Positions 1 to 13,200 are shown, counted from the first letter of the stretch. The stretch is 63,766 nt of DNA from Octopus bimaculoides (GCF_001194135.2 NC_068993.1:38265275-38329040); one strand, 5' to 3'. Notes: generated by a model from the sequence alone, not told the origin. Translations and numbers: made by a program.

Positions 1-180
1 AAGGGAGTTAAAGGCATTCACAAGAAATTCCTTCTTTTATAATATTTATTTAGTTGTGCATTTTTGGGGCAGGGTTGGAGGTCCTTTCTGGAAACCTCTC
101 CCTTGTTTTTACTTCTATGAAATTGTCATTGCTATTGTCATGACTGTTTTTGAAATTGTTTTTAATCCATCATCCTAACA

Positions 181-248
181 GCAATGTGTGTGTGTGTCTG
201 TGTGTATGTGTTTGTGTGTGTGTATGTATATGAATGTGTATGCACGTT

Positions 249-287
<39 letters not shown>

Positions 288-435
288 GTATATGTGAGTA
301 AACATCTGTGTGTGCATGTGTGATTATATGTGTGTGTTTAGTTAGTGTTTGTGGTACTTGTGAGTCAGAAGTTTTGTGGTATTTAGGAATTTCTCTCCCC
401 TCTACTCCTCATCCCTCCTTCAACTTCTCCCTCTC

Positions 436-475
<40 letters not shown>

Positions 476-657
476 CTTCTCCAATCCCTGCTTATTTATT
501 TATCCGTTTTAATGAATGAACGAAATTAAAAAAGGAGATTGTATGCATATATGTAACACATGCACACATGTAGAAATACACACATACACACACTCACGCA
601 TGCACACACATACATATATACATATATATATATATGCATGTATGTATGTATATACAT

Positions 658-690
<33 letters not shown>

Positions 691-743
691 TATATATATA
701 TCTCAATAATAATAATAGTAATAATAAGGATCATTATGAAGTA

Positions 744-796
<53 letters not shown>

Positions 797-1322
797 NNNN
801 NNNNNNNNNNNNNNNNNNNNNNNNNNNNNNNNNNNNNNNNNNNNNNNNNNNNNNNNNNNNNNNNNNNNNNNNNNNNNNNNNNNNNNNNNNNNNNNNNNNN
901 NNNNNNNNNNNNNNNNNNNNNNNNNNNNNNNNNNNNNNNNNNNNNNNNNNNNNNNNNNNNNNNNNNNNNNNNNNNNNNNNNNNNNNNNNNNNNNNNNNNN
1001 NNNNNNNNNNNNNNNNNNNNNNNNNNNNNNNNNNNNNNNNNNNNNNNNNNNNNNNNNNNNNNNNNNNNNNNNNNNNNNNNNNNNNNNNNNNNNNNNNNNN
1101 NNNNNNNNNNNNNNNNNNNNNNNNNNNNNNNNNNNNNNNNNNNNNNNNNNNNNNNNNNNNNNNNNNNNNNNNNNNNNNNNNNNNNNNNNNNNNNNNNNNN
1201 NNNNNNNNNNNNNNNNNNNNNNNNNNNNNNNNNNNNNNNNNNNNNNNNNNNNNNNNNNNNNNNNNNNNNNNNNNNNNNNNNNNNNNNNNNNNNNNNNNNN
1301 NNNNNNNNNNNNNNNNNNNNNN

Positions 1323-1381
<59 letters not shown>

Positions 1382-1533
1382 CATACATATATATATATAT
1401 TCACACATATATATATGTATGTATACATACACACACACATAAGCATTTATATAAATGTATATTGATACATTGACATATATGTGTATGTATGTATGTATGT
1501 ATGTATGTATGTATGTGTGTGTGTGTGTGTGTG

Positions 1534-1598
<65 letters not shown>

Positions 1599-1600
1599 AC
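181..1600. repeat. Compound (TG)n/(TA)n/(CA)n/(TATG)n microsatellite block spanning an N gap
   Basis: Directly visible; explains all YI/HT/CV ORFs in 308-1671. Confidence 0.95.
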
Positions 1601-1789
1601 ATGCCAATTTTCTACAAAATGCTCATATTTGTATTTCTTTAAATCCAATGTATGCAATATTCATATTTTAAGAATATAAAAGAAAGTTTCCTACTTACAG
1701 TGCTGAGAGTTTGGTCATCAGATTCAATTTAAGGAGCAAGTCAAAGTTTCAAGGTTTATATACCCAAAATCTGTAAATTGACACATAAA

Positions 1790-1792
1790 TAT

Positions 1793-1825
<33 letters not shown>

Positions 1826-1870
1826 GGACAGATAGATAGATAGATAGATAGATAGAGAGANNNNNNNNNN

Positions 1871-1901
<31 letters not shown>

Positions 1902-2300
1902 ATAGATAGATGGGTAGAAAGATAAATTTTTAGGTAGGTAGAGAGATAGGTAGATAAATAGAGAGAGAGAGAGAGATTGATAAATAGACAGATAGACAGA
2001 CAGACCAATAGATAAACAAATAAATAGGTAAATAGATAGATAAATTGTTAGATAGCGAATAGATAGCTAGCTAGCTAGCTAGCTAGCTAGATAGATAGAT
2101 AGATAGATAAGTAGACAGATAGATAGATAGATAAATAGATAGGTAGATAGATAGATAGATAGAAAGATAGAGAGATAGAGAGAGAGATATAGATAGAGAG
2201 AGAGAGGAGGGGGAGATAGATAAATAGAGAGCTAGCTTGCTAGCTACCTCGATAGGTAGGTAAGCAGGTTGGTAGATAGATAGGTAAATAGATAGTTAGG
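1790..2300. repeat. (GATA)n/(GA)n/(GCTA)n microsatellite block
   Basis: Directly visible tetranucleotide and dinucleotide arrays. Confidence 0.95.
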
Positions 2301-2467
2301 TAAGTAAAATATTGTCTCACTCTCGTCCTCTGGCTGGGGTAACCATGTGTCTCTTCTACAACAAGACACCTATTTCTGTCCCTCAGTCACACTCTAACCT
2401 CTCATTACCTGACACAAGATCACCTCCTAAAATACCACCCCTCTAAAGGGCTCTTTGATTTACAAGT

Positions 2468-2757
2468 TACTTGGTGACCCCTACCTGCAGTAGTGCCATT
2501 TAAAAAGCATCCAGTCCACACTGAAAACTAGTTGGCATTTGGAAGGGCATTTAGCTGTAAAAACCATGCCAAAGCAGACCCTATCGGTGCTGGTACTGTG
2601 TAAAAAGCACTCAAGTTACACTGTGGAGTGCTTGACATTAGGAAGGGCATCCAGCCATAAAAACCATGCCAAACAGAGTAATGACTGGTGCAGCCCTTGG
2701 GCTTGCCAGCTCCTGTCAAACTGTCCAAGCCATGCCAGAATGGAAAACTGATGTTAA

Positions 2758-2793
<36 letters not shown>
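2468..2793 (+). mobile_element. Retroposon 3' part with (GAT)n tail (RTE-associated SINE/LINE tail family), internally dimeric
   Basis: ggaagggcat..aaaaccatgccaaa occurs twice; ends ccatgccagaatggaaaactgatgttaaa(tga)n; same tail at 4520-4745, 10735-10800(-), 26607-26705(-), 49383-49545, 56405-56500(-), 56980-57100. Confidence 0.7.
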
Positions 2794-2836
2794 ATGATGA
2801 AAGATGGGTAGCTTGTCAGCTAGCTCTATGTTTATG

Positions 2837-2877
<41 letters not shown>

Positions 2878-2927
2878 GATAGGTTTTAGAATTGGAAGAT
2901 AGATCTATTTCAGAAAAAAAAAAAGAG

Positions 2928-3100
2928 ATATATATTCCTCCCCTGGATGGAGATGATTTACTTTTACCAGCCGAGTGGACTGGTGCAACATGAAATGGAC
3001 CGTTTTTGCTCAAAGACGCAATTCATCACCCGATTCAGGAATCGAAACCACGTCTTGCAGTCATGAGTGCAACACCCAAACCACTAAGCCACATGCTCCC
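2928..3100 (-). mobile_element. tRNA-derived SINE, head type B, truncated tail
   Basis: Reverse complement shows A box (tggcttagtggtt) and B box (ggtttcgattcc); homologous to 48822-49080. Confidence 0.7.
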
Positions 3101-3115
3101 ACATACATCATATAC

Positions 3116-3146
<31 letters not shown>

Positions 3147-3343
3147 TGTTTGAATGTATGTATGCATGCATATGTGTGTGTGTGTATAGGCAAATCCATT
3201 GGCACAAATAACAGAAGAAAACAACAAAGTCAATTGGACATACACTGCGATTATATTGGATTAATGCTCACTGAAGCTTTTACACACACACACCCACACA
3301 CATGTAAACATATATACATACACTTATATAAACACACATACAC

Positions 3344-3395
<52 letters not shown>

Positions 3396-3635
3396 GTATG
3401 TATGTATATATATGCNNNNNNNNNNNNNNNNNNNNNNNNNNNNNNNNNNNNNNNNNNNNNNNNNNNNNNNNNNNNNNNNNNNNNNNNNNNNNNNNNNNNN
3501 NNNNNNNNNNNNNNNNNNNNNNNNNNNNNNNNNNNNNNNNNNNNNNNNNNNNNNNNNNNNNNNNNNNNNNNNNNNNNNNNNNNNNNNNNNNNNNTGTAAA
3601 CATATATACATACACTTATATAAACACACATACAC

Positions 3636-3687
<52 letters not shown>

Positions 3688-3845
3688 GTATGTATGTATA
3701 TATATGCATAGATCTGCATATATACACATATATATATGTAGATATATATCTGCTAATTGCAGCAATTCCAGATAACCCATTCATCCGTTTTTATTACACA
3801 GACACACATATATATATTTGTGTGAGTGAGTATATGTGTATATAT

Positions 3846-3895
<50 letters not shown>

Positions 3896-3904
3896 CTGGC
3901 AGCG

Positions 3905-3965
3905 TGTTAGACAATGGAAAGGTAATGTTCGTAACATAAGCTATCTTCCAGAACATTGATGTTTA
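3905..3965 (+). pseudogene. Possible single decayed C2H2 finger
   Basis: RQ-W(tgg)-KGN-V(gtt)-RNISY-L-PE-H: L10 and H13 exact, C and F one substitution away; isolated, so weak. Confidence 0.3.
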
Positions 3966-4281
3966 AAAGAAAAACAAGAAAAGCAACATTGAATTTGTGG
4001 AAATTTACTTAAAATAGCCTAAAATATATAATATATGAATGACTTTCAGAAAACATCATTATTACCATAATAGAGATAAAAATATGAAAAAAAAAATTAT
4101 AAAAATTAAAATAAAATGCAATAAAATAAAATGGTAATGAGAAAGAAATACATGTATGTTGTCTCTTATGTTTCCTTGGTCTTTTGCTGGTTTCACTCAT
4201 TGGACTGAGCCCATGCTAGAGCAGCACCTGCTTGGGTTTCAATTAAGTATATCAAGAAGATTATATATGTATGCTATAGAC

Positions 4282-4476
4282 AGAGGCTGTGTGCTTGAAA
4301 GCAAAAGCTTGCTTTGCAACCATGAGGTTTCAGATCCTGTCCCACTGTGCAGCACCTTGGGCAGGTGTATTCTTCTATAGCATCAAGAAAACCAATGTCT
4401 TGGAAGAAAATTTGGTGGATGGAGACTGTGTGGAATCCCATCATACATACACACACACATGCACACACACACACAT

Positions 4477-4519
<43 letters not shown>

Positions 4520-4707
4520 CGATGGCTTGCCAGAACCCTGGTGCTACATTAAAGCATCCAGCACTCGCAGTATAGTGGTTGGCATTAGGAAAGGCATTGA
4601 GCTATAGAAACCAAGCTGAATCAGACTGGAGCCTGGTGCAGTTCCCCAGCTTGTCAGCTCTGGTCAAACCGTCCAACCCATGTTAGCATGGATAACCACT
4701 GTTAAGA

Positions 4708-4744
<37 letters not shown>

Positions 4745-4960
4745 TGTGTGTGTGTGTGTGTCTTTGTATCTGTGTTTCTCTCCTTCCATTGACTGACAGC
4801 TGGATTTAGTTTGTCTATATACCTATAACTTAGCGATTGGACACAAAAGACCAATAGAATAAATACCAGACTCGAAAATAAGTATTGGAGTGAATCTATT
4901 CAACCAAAACTTTGCGAGACAGTGCTCCAGCATGGTCGCAGTCCAATGGCTAAAACAAAT
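4282..4960 (+). mobile_element. CORE-type SINE (octopus OR-like) with internal microsatellite, interrupted by a (GAT)n-tailed element at about 4520-4745
   Basis: CORE-like gcaccttgggcaggtgtattctt; 3' half gtgctccagcatggtcgcagtc resumes after the nested element. Confidence 0.75.
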
Positions 4961-5134
4961 TAAATTTCTTCTTGTGCTGTACAACAAGCACTCCTAACTA
5001 TTTCAATTGTAAAAAGGCAAAATTATGGTACTATCTCTTATGTCTTCGGGATTGAATATGCAGCCAAAGCACTGACCGAAATTCTCAGACACGCCTCTGA
5101 CTATACACTTTCACTGCAGTACATGGGTTAAAGT

Positions 5135-5350
5135 GGAGGTGCATGGCTTTGTGGTTAGGGTGTTGGACTCATGAATCTAAGTGTGTGATTTTGATTCCTG
5201 GACTGGGCAGCCATGCTTTGTGTTCTTGAGGAAAACACTTCATCTTATGTTGCTCCAGAGATGGTGAAAATGAGTAACCCTGCAATGAACCAGCGTCCCA
5301 TCCAGGGAAGAATATATATGCCAAGAAATTGGGAAACTGGTCCTAAGCTC
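5135..5350 (+). mobile_element. tRNA-derived SINE, head B + tail T1
   Basis: ggaggtgcatggctttgtggttaggg A box; ttgtgttcttgaggaaaacact CORE-like segment; cgtcccatccaggg tail. Confidence 0.7.
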
Positions 5351-5394
5351 CTTACGGAATAATGTGGACTAACCTAACAGGGGTTAAAGAAACA

Positions 5395-6355
5395 CAAAAC
5401 TCACAATAGAAGACATTGGACATTATGTTGACCCATGGCTAAATGTACCCAAAATGTGTGGTCAATGCAGGGTTAATGGAAAGTGACATATCGCCAGGTG
5501 ACATCAAAATGGATTTGCTAGGTTTAATGATCCCTGAAGCCCACAAGGTCAATGCTATACCTAATAGAAGTGCTTAGACAAAGAGCTCTAATTTAATGAT
5601 ACAGGGTAGAAAGCATAATTGTTGTAACTAAACAATATCAAACTAAAAAAACCCCACAATGTTATGGTTTGATGAGGAAGGAATAATTAGAAATGAAAAT
5701 AGAAAAGGAAAAAGAGGAAGAAAATATATATTTGTTGGAGTTAAACATGTTTTAGTGCTAAATGCTCTGAAGAAGTGGGAAGATTAAGTAAAAATAACAA
5801 TGATCACCAGTAACAATGAAAATAGCAACAAACACCAAGTTTCAGAACATCACTAGCTGAAACACTGAGGTTGGCAAATGAAATACCTTTAGGCCCAGTA
5901 TCGTAAATAAATGAGCAAACACTGCATCACTGAACAGTGCCAAACTCTAGAACTATAATTTCAGTGTGTGATGAGGAAGAAATAATTACAGAGGAAAATA
6001 TAAAAGGAAAAGGCGGAAGAAAATAATAGAAAATAATATTTAACATAAAATAAAGCAAATAGGCCAGGAGAAGCAATTTCTTTTGTGTGACAATGAAATC
6101 ATTCCCTAGGAAACTAATGAAAGATATGCAGAGGTCAAAGGTGGGCTAAGATTGTCTATTCCACTGAAAATCAAAAGAGCAGTGAATAGATAAAACTATA
6201 CATTTGCTATACCACGGAGCCTCTGAATAATTTTGAATATCTCAAAGACCGCTGGGTTCAGAATATAAACAACATGCAAAAAACAGACTGCTTGTAAAAT
6301 TAAAATTAAGGGATTATATCATACTTAAAAATGAATACCCTCAAGGTGTTCAGTG
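5395..6355 (+). mobile_element. Old dispersed repeat with decayed coding remnants (possibly LINE ORF1); homolog at 31095-31790 (-)
   Basis: Four collinear exact anchors of 10-16 bp shared with the reverse complement of 31.1-31.8 kb; translates LMIQGRKHNCCN and YKQHAKNRLLVKLKLRDYIILKNEYPQGV. Confidence 0.55.
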
Positions 6356-6535
6356 TTTTACAACACCAAATATCTCCAAAAAATCTGACCTATTGTTGTT
6401 AAGTGTCCTATTCTGACCTTTGTAACTTATTGTTGTTTCATTTCTTATTGTGACCTATTGTTGTGTTATACCCTGTTGTTCTCTCATATCCTATTGCTCC
6501 CCTCAAATTGCTCTCTCAAATCCTATTGTGACCTA

Positions 6536-6940
6536 GGAGTGGCTGTGTGGTAAGTAGGTTGCTTACCAACCACATGGTTCTGGGTTCAGTCCCACTCTGT
6601 GGCACCTTGGGCAAGTGTCTTCTACTATAGCCTCGGGCCGACTAAAGCCTTGTGAGTGGATTTGGTAGACAGAAACTGAAAGAAGCCCATTGTACATATA
6701 TATATATATGTGTGTGTGTGTGTGTATGTTTGTGTGCCTGTGTTTGTCCCACCAACGTCGCTTGACAACCGAGGCTGGTGTGTTTACATCTCTGTAACTT
6801 AGTAGTTCGGCAAAAAGAGACCGATAGAATAAGTACTAGGCTTGCAAAAAATAAGTCCTGGGGTCGATTTGCTCAACTAGAAGGCGGTGCTCCAGCATGG
6901 CCACAGTCAAATGACTGAAACAAGTAAAAGAGTAAAAGAC
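6536..6940 (+). mobile_element. Full-length CORE-type SINE (OR-like) with central (TA)n(TG)n and (taaaagag) tail
   Basis: ggagtggctgtgtggtaagtagg, ggttcagtccc B box, gtggcaccttgggcaagtgtcttct CORE-like motif. Confidence 0.85.
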
Positions 6941-7139
6941 TACTGTAAGTTATTGTGTCTTATTATTGTGTTTTGTCCTATTGTGACCTGTAGTGACCTG
7001 TTCTTGTTCTACATGTATATACTAATAGTTCTGCTCACCCAACTAACCAACCTGCTAAGCTTCGATGATTTTATGAAACTTCACTGAAGACAGAACATTC
7101 CATTAATTCTTACAATAAGGAAGTTCTCTTCCTCCTCCT

Positions 7140-7354
7140 TCACATCACCATAACCACTGCTACCTCCACTGCTATCAACACTGACACCAGCACCAGCACC
7201 ACTATTATCACCACCACCACTGCCTTTATTGTCATCGTCATTGTCATCATCGTTGTCATCGTCGTTGTCGTCATCATCACCATCATCAATAACATCCTTA
7301 TTCCCATTAATGTCATCAACACATCAATATCATCAACACCATCCCCATCATCAT

Positions 7355-7402
<48 letters not shown>

Positions 7403-7420
7403 TGTCATCATCATCACTGA
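7140..7420. repeat. Degenerate (CAT/CAC)n array
   Basis: Directly visible. Confidence 0.9.
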
Positions 7421-7859
7421 CATTACTATTGTTGTCTTTCCTGTCCTCCCACCACCGTCGTAAAATATCACAATGTTGTACTGGTTATGCCTGATCATTA
7501 CACTAAAAGTACAAGTGCCTGTGGTATACTCAACCACTAATAACATAATCTTACAATAAAGGGGGTCAGTCAAACAATTGGAATACTTATGGGGAAATTC
7601 AATACAAGATCAATAAACCCAATATTGATTTCCTCTGTCTGATTAGACGTCAAGGCAACATCACGCAACACTAACAGGTGGAGGTGGCCGTGAGAGTAGG
7701 GAATATGTATAGTTAATTGAATAGGACACAGTATGTTACTGGTACTGATATTGTTTTATTTGTTATTGTTGTTGTTATTGATTTTGTTCCGTAACATGTA
7801 AGAGGAAGGATTTTATTAACGAGTAGAAACTATAGGTGTGTTTCCTATTAAGGTAATAA

Positions 7860-8410
7860 GATGATGACAAAGACGATGACGATGAAGATGACAATGATGA
7901 TGATGATTGCAATGATGATGATGATGGTGAAGATGACTGTGATGATGAAGATGATAATGATAACAATGATAATGATAGCAATGAAGATAATTGTAGGGAT
8001 AATAGTGATGCTGATGACAATGATGGTGATGTTGATGACGATGAGGATGAGGAGGGGAAGGGCAACGATGGTCATGATGACGACAATGACTACAACAATG
8101 ATAACGATGTTGATGACACTGACAATGATGATGATGACAATGACAATGATGGAGATGATGATGATGATGGTTATGATGAGGATGACAATGATGATGATAC
8201 TGATGCTGCTGCTGCTGGTGATGATGGTGATGATGGTGGTGGTGGCACCAATTATAAGGGTGATGACGAAGACAACGATGATAGTGACCATGATGACTAC
8301 AACAATGATGATGATGATAATACTGATAGTAGTAATAATAATGATCAGGACGGTGACAACAAAGAAGGTCATAAAAAAGGTGATGATGATGATGATGATG
8401 ATGATGAACA
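7860..8410. repeat. Degenerate (ATG/GAT)n array
   Basis: Directly visible; source of poly-M/H/I/S ORFs. Confidence 0.9.
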
Positions 8411-8494
8411 TGCAGAAGGGAGCTGACAAATACTTCCCATGCAAATAATAAAAAAGAATTCATTAAAAGAAAAAGAAGAAAAATTATATATATG

Positions 8495-9390
8495 CAGGGT
8501 GCGGTGAATAAATTGTCGTCTAAATTATGCAAAAATCAAAATAACACTGACATCTCATTTTAACAGATATATTTACCAAATTTACATAAAAATATCTTGA
8601 AATACTACAGAGTAAATTTATTCAATAAAATCGCCATTGGCTTCAACCATGGCCTCCACACGACTCCGGAATCTCCTGCAACTCTTCTGGACGGTCTCCT
8701 TGTTCACCAACTTACTTGGTGGATACTGTCATAATTCTTGCCTTCAGTTCATCTTTGATGTTACAAGGAGTTTTGTCGGTCTTTCTTAGTCTACTGTGCC
8801 CCACACATAATCATCAAGGGGGTTCCAGCCGGGGAGCTGGGGGTCAGATGTTAGGGGTGATGTGGTCGCAAAAATTGTCTGACAGCCATGACTGGGTTCT
8901 CCTGCTTTTGTGGCATGGTGCAGAGTCCTATTGAAGGACATGAGGTCTTCCAGCAGCCACCCTCTTGACCCATGGCAGCACTACCTCCTCCAGGCACTTG
9001 ATGTAGGCCTTCATGTTGAGTTTGAGGCCATGTGGGAAGATATGGAGGCATAACGTTGCTATCACTAGTGATCACCCTAAGCACCATGATGTTCACTGGA
9101 TGTTTGATTTTTATCACTTTTGGTACATGTCCTCAGATTGCACTGTCCTCAGATTGACACACAAACACTCTGAAATGATCGTATTGGAGCTTCCAGTGTG
9201 AATGTCAAGCAGTACTGCATGTTGTTTCCAAATTTCTAGCAGAATGAATTGCATAATGGTGCTGTTTTTTCTCACAGACAGTGCCCAGCTGACCCTACCA
9301 TACTGTGTAGTTGACAAAATCAAAAAGAAACAATGCACATGCACAAAATAAAAAAATATAAAATGGTGATAATTTACCCATCGCACCCTG
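8495..9390 (-). mobile_element. Tc1/mariner DNA transposon, DD37D (maT-like), internally deleted, inactivated
   Basis: Imperfect 26-bp TIRs cagggtgcggtgaataaattgtcgtc / cagggtgcgatgggtaaattatcacc; right flank TA. Minus strand gives CLEEVVLPWVKRVAAGRP..Q*DSAPCHKSRRTQSWL..WNPLDDYVWG..EAMVEANGDFIE with stops and frameshifts; D-to-D spacing of 37 reconstructed across one frameshift. Confidence 0.9.
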
Positions 9391-9941
9391 TATGTGTATG
9401 TATATATATATATATAGATATATATATATAGATATATATATATATATGCATACGCACACACATGTATATATATATACATATACACATGAGTACAAAAGCA
9501 AGCATCCAAATCTTTGATGAATGTAAACAAACAAATTTCAGGCGAAAAAGTTCAGGTAAGCAAAACCCACAGAATGCCTCTCTAAACAAATTAAAAAACA
9601 AAGCCCATGAAAAAAAAAAAATTAATAAAGCCCCCACCCTTTTCTTGAAAACCCCCATATGTATATATATATATATATATACATACACATACGTACATAG
9701 CACACACATTCACATATGTAATTGATATGAATAATTGGTTTGTTTAGGATTTTAACATAAATCATAATAATATTAATTAGCAAATTAATAACTGTCCAAC
9801 AATATCCTCATAAACCTAACTAATTAACTAATTAGCTGATAATTAACTTTTGTTCTTACACCCAACTACATAGACATATTATACATGTTGATTTTGGGAA
9901 ACATGGAACCTGATAATTATACTTTTATTATTATTATTATT

Positions 9942-9970
<29 letters not shown>

Positions 9971-9972
<2 letters not shown>

Positions 9973-10215
9973 AGTGAGAGAGCAGCATATGCCATCAAAG
10001 TGACACTAGGATAAAATATACGAAGCCCAATATACCCATCATGACTACCCATCTGAAAAGGGTACACCAGGTACATGCATCACAACCATATCAAGTGAGC
10101 TCATATCAAGATAAACAACACATGACCTTGCAGATGGGGCCCAATTAGAATTTTCTTTTGGTTGAGTAGCCCAACCCACTGAAAAGATCCCTGAATAAGG
10201 GTTGTTTAAGGATGT
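9971..10215 (+). mobile_element. Unclassified interspersed repeat (5' 245 bp); full ~520-bp copy at 13965-14492 (-)
   Basis: gagtgagagagcag..ccatcaaagtgacact..aagataaaca..ggggccc..ccctgaataag matches reverse complement of 14260-14490. Confidence 0.85.
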
Positions 10216-10508
10216 TGTTGTTGTTGTTGTTATTATTATTATTATTATTATCATTATTATTATTATTGTGTCAGTGGATTGGGAGAATCATTTGAGTATC
10301 AGAAAAATACCTTATGGTGTTTGTTCCAGGTCTTTACACTCTGAGTTCAAGTCTTGCTGAGATCAGCTTTGTATTTCCTTTCCACAGGGGCAATAAAATG
10401 CTATTTGACTCCAGTCAATTACTGGGATTGATTGCATCAACAAATACTCTCCTCTCAAACATTATTGGCCTTCTGGCTCAACTATGAAATATTCTCATTG
10501 TTACCATT

Positions 10509-10722
10509 AAGGGGGTGAGCTGGCAGAATTGTTAGCATGCCAGGCAAAATGCTTAGTGGCATTTCATCCACCTTCATGTTCTGAGCTCAAATCCTGCTGA
10601 GGTTGATTTCGCCTTCGATCCTTTTAGGGGTCGATAAAATAAGTACCAGTTGAACACTGGGGTCAACATAATCGATTTATCCCAAACCCCAAATTACTCG
10701 GCATATGCCAAAATTTGAAACC
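10509..10722 (+). mobile_element. tRNA-derived ~210-bp SINE (Meta-domain-like; most abundant family here)
   Basis: gagctggcagaattgttagc A box, gagctcaaatcc B box, central ttcgccttcgatcc..ggtcgataaaataagtaccag domain; family label from memory. Confidence 0.8.
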
Positions 10723-11499
10723 ATCATTATTCATCATCATCATCGTTTAACGTCCGCTTTCCATGCTAGCATGGGTTGGACGGAAGCCAGACAGCTGCTC
10801 TGGCAGTGATCCCACTCGGATGGTGCTGTTAGCACTCCACTGGAATGGGTGCCAATCATCAAATTTGGTTCAATTTCGATTTCACTTGCCCCAATAGGTC
10901 TTCGCAAGCAGAGTTTAGTGTCCAATGAAGGAAGGTTGGCATGGGTGCCGTCGTCAAATTTGGTTCGATTTCGAATTCGATTTCTTCTTCTTCTTCTTCT
11001 TATTATTATTATTACTATTAGTAGTAGTAGTGGTAGTAGGTAGTGAGCTCATAGAATTGTTAACAAGTTGGACCATTTGCTTAGAGGCTTCTATTCTGTT
11101 TGTTTACATTCTGAGTTCAGATTCTGTCAAAGTCAACTTTTCCTAAAATAAGGCACCAGCTGAGCACTGGTTGAGCATTGTAATTGACTAGTCTATGGCA
11201 CTAGAAATGCATAATTTTGTCTATTAACATTTTGTTTCATTTTCAAAAAACAGTGAATCTTAGTTAATCATCATTCTCTTTATTTTCTTCATTATTTTCA
11301 TTGTCATTTGAAAGAAATTATCCCTCCTTGCTCATTTCATTGTTGTATATTGAGTCTTTGGGGATGGGCTGAGATTTTCCCCTTTTTTTCCCTTCCTTTC
11401 TCCAACCACCAGTAGATTTTCATCTGCAACAATTATTTCTTCTTCATAGTACAATGATAGTGGGGGACTACTGGCTGGCACTGTTAAAAGATGAGGTGT

Positions 11500-11940
11500 T
11501 TGATCATCTTGCCATCACCAGAGTTTTGGCTGATAGTTCTCTCTATGCCACGAGGCACAGAAAGCCACAATATGATCTTTCCAACCAGCTCTGTTTTCTG
11601 CCACTGTTCTGATTTCATTCCAACTTCTCCATCCTTCTTGCCTCCTTTCCTAGTCAAGGATCCTTTGCCATGTGGTTTTAGAGCACCCAGATACTCTTTT
11701 CCCTTCAGGCTGTCACTTTAATGTCATCATACAATCACTTATTTGACCTTGTTTGAGGATGGGTCCTCTGTATCTTATTTTGTAACTGATGCCCATTGTC
11801 ATCTCAGTTGTGTCATTTCAGACTTTTTGCAGCCACTTGATGTCATGTATTCTCCTTAAGCTTGAGAAGTGGAATCTATTATGGAGCTGATGGTGGCCCC
11901 AAACTAGGGTTTGTTGTTCCTTTTACTGTTGCTCGAGATT
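11500..11940 (-). mobile_element. RTE-clade LINE, 3' end of ORF, decayed
   Basis: Minus strand: ..QPEGKRVSGCSKTTWQRILD*ERRQEGWRSWNEIRTVAENRAGWKDHIVAFCASWHREN, the typical RTE C-terminus (PxGKRxRGRPKxTW..W..A.DR..W..V.ALC). Confidence 0.75.
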
Positions 11941-11964
11941 TTCATTATTTTACTTAATTTGCGT

Positions 11965-12159
11965 AGACACAAGGCCTGAAATTTTATGGTGGGGGACCAG
12001 TCGATTACATCGACCCCAGTGTTTCACTGATGATTAAATTTATGGACCCTTGAAGGATGAAAGGCAAAGTCGATCTTGGTGGAATTTGAACTCAGAACAT
12101 AGTGACAGGCAAAATTACTGTTAAGCATTTTGCAAACAATTCTGCCAGCTCACTGCTTC

Positions 12160-12216
<57 letters not shown>

Positions 12217-13200
12217 CCTTTCTACTTTGTGGAGAGTGGGTCAGCTGATTAGATTGACCCCAGTATGTAACTGGTACTTAATTTATTGAAGCCAGTAGGA
12301 TGAAAGGCAAAGTCGACCTTGCTGGAATTTGAACTCAGAACATGAAAATGGATGAAATGCCACTGCCAACTCGCCACCCTCACCACCTTAATGATAATGA
12401 TCAGAATTCTTTCTAACTTTGGCACAAGGCCAGCAAATTTTAGAGGAGAAGTAAATCAATTACATCGACCCCCACTCCAGTACTTTACTGGTACTTACTG
12501 TATCAACCCCGAAAGGATGAAAAGGCAAAACTGACCTCAATGGATTTTGAACTGAGGACACAAAGATCACTGACCATTTTTGTCCAGCATGCTAATAATT
12601 CTGCCAGAACACAGCTTAATAACAACAACAACAATAATAATGATTCTGAGGAATTGTTGCTTCGGCGCCAGATTACAGGATGAGGAAGGGTTATGGCTAA
12701 TTGAATCTCTACCCAGTTACATGAGGGATATATTAATTTACACTGGCATGATTAAAAGATAAAGTTAATCCATCAATTAGGGATTAAAGCAGCAGAGGTT
12801 ACAATGGGATAACAAAGCTGTATGTAGCAATTTAGTGAGATGAAACACATTGTGTTACTTGGTTATGACTCATTAGATTCTGAGTTCAATACCTACCCGG
12901 GGCAAGTTGACCTTTTATGCCTCTGAGGTAGATAAACGATAATACCCAGTCAAATATTATTGATGGATGATATATATCTTGAGGGTAGTATCCCAGTAGG
13001 GCTAAAATCTGATGAATGGCATTAATTACAATAAATAAATAAAGGGTAAATGATGGTGATGATGATGATGATGCCGATTCTTGATTGGTACTTTAATTCA
13101 TCGATTCACCCCCATCCCTGAGGCTTGAAAGGCGAAGTTGGTTGCAGAGCGATTTGAACCCAGAAGGTAAACAAATGAAATGAATACGACAATGTAAATA
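11965..13200 (-). mobile_element. Train of Meta-like SINE copies (about 11965-12160, 12215-12375, 12410-12615, 12640-12770, 13085-13190) separated by (AAT)n
   Basis: Repeated gaaaggatgaaaggcaaagtcgacct..ggaatttgaactcaga on the + strand; later copies are degenerate. Confidence 0.8.

Noticed and set aside
6395-7010. Degenerate cctattgtga-like tandem repeat flanking a SINE
   Set aside because: Real but ordinary decayed minisatellite with a SINE insertion; no further structure seen.
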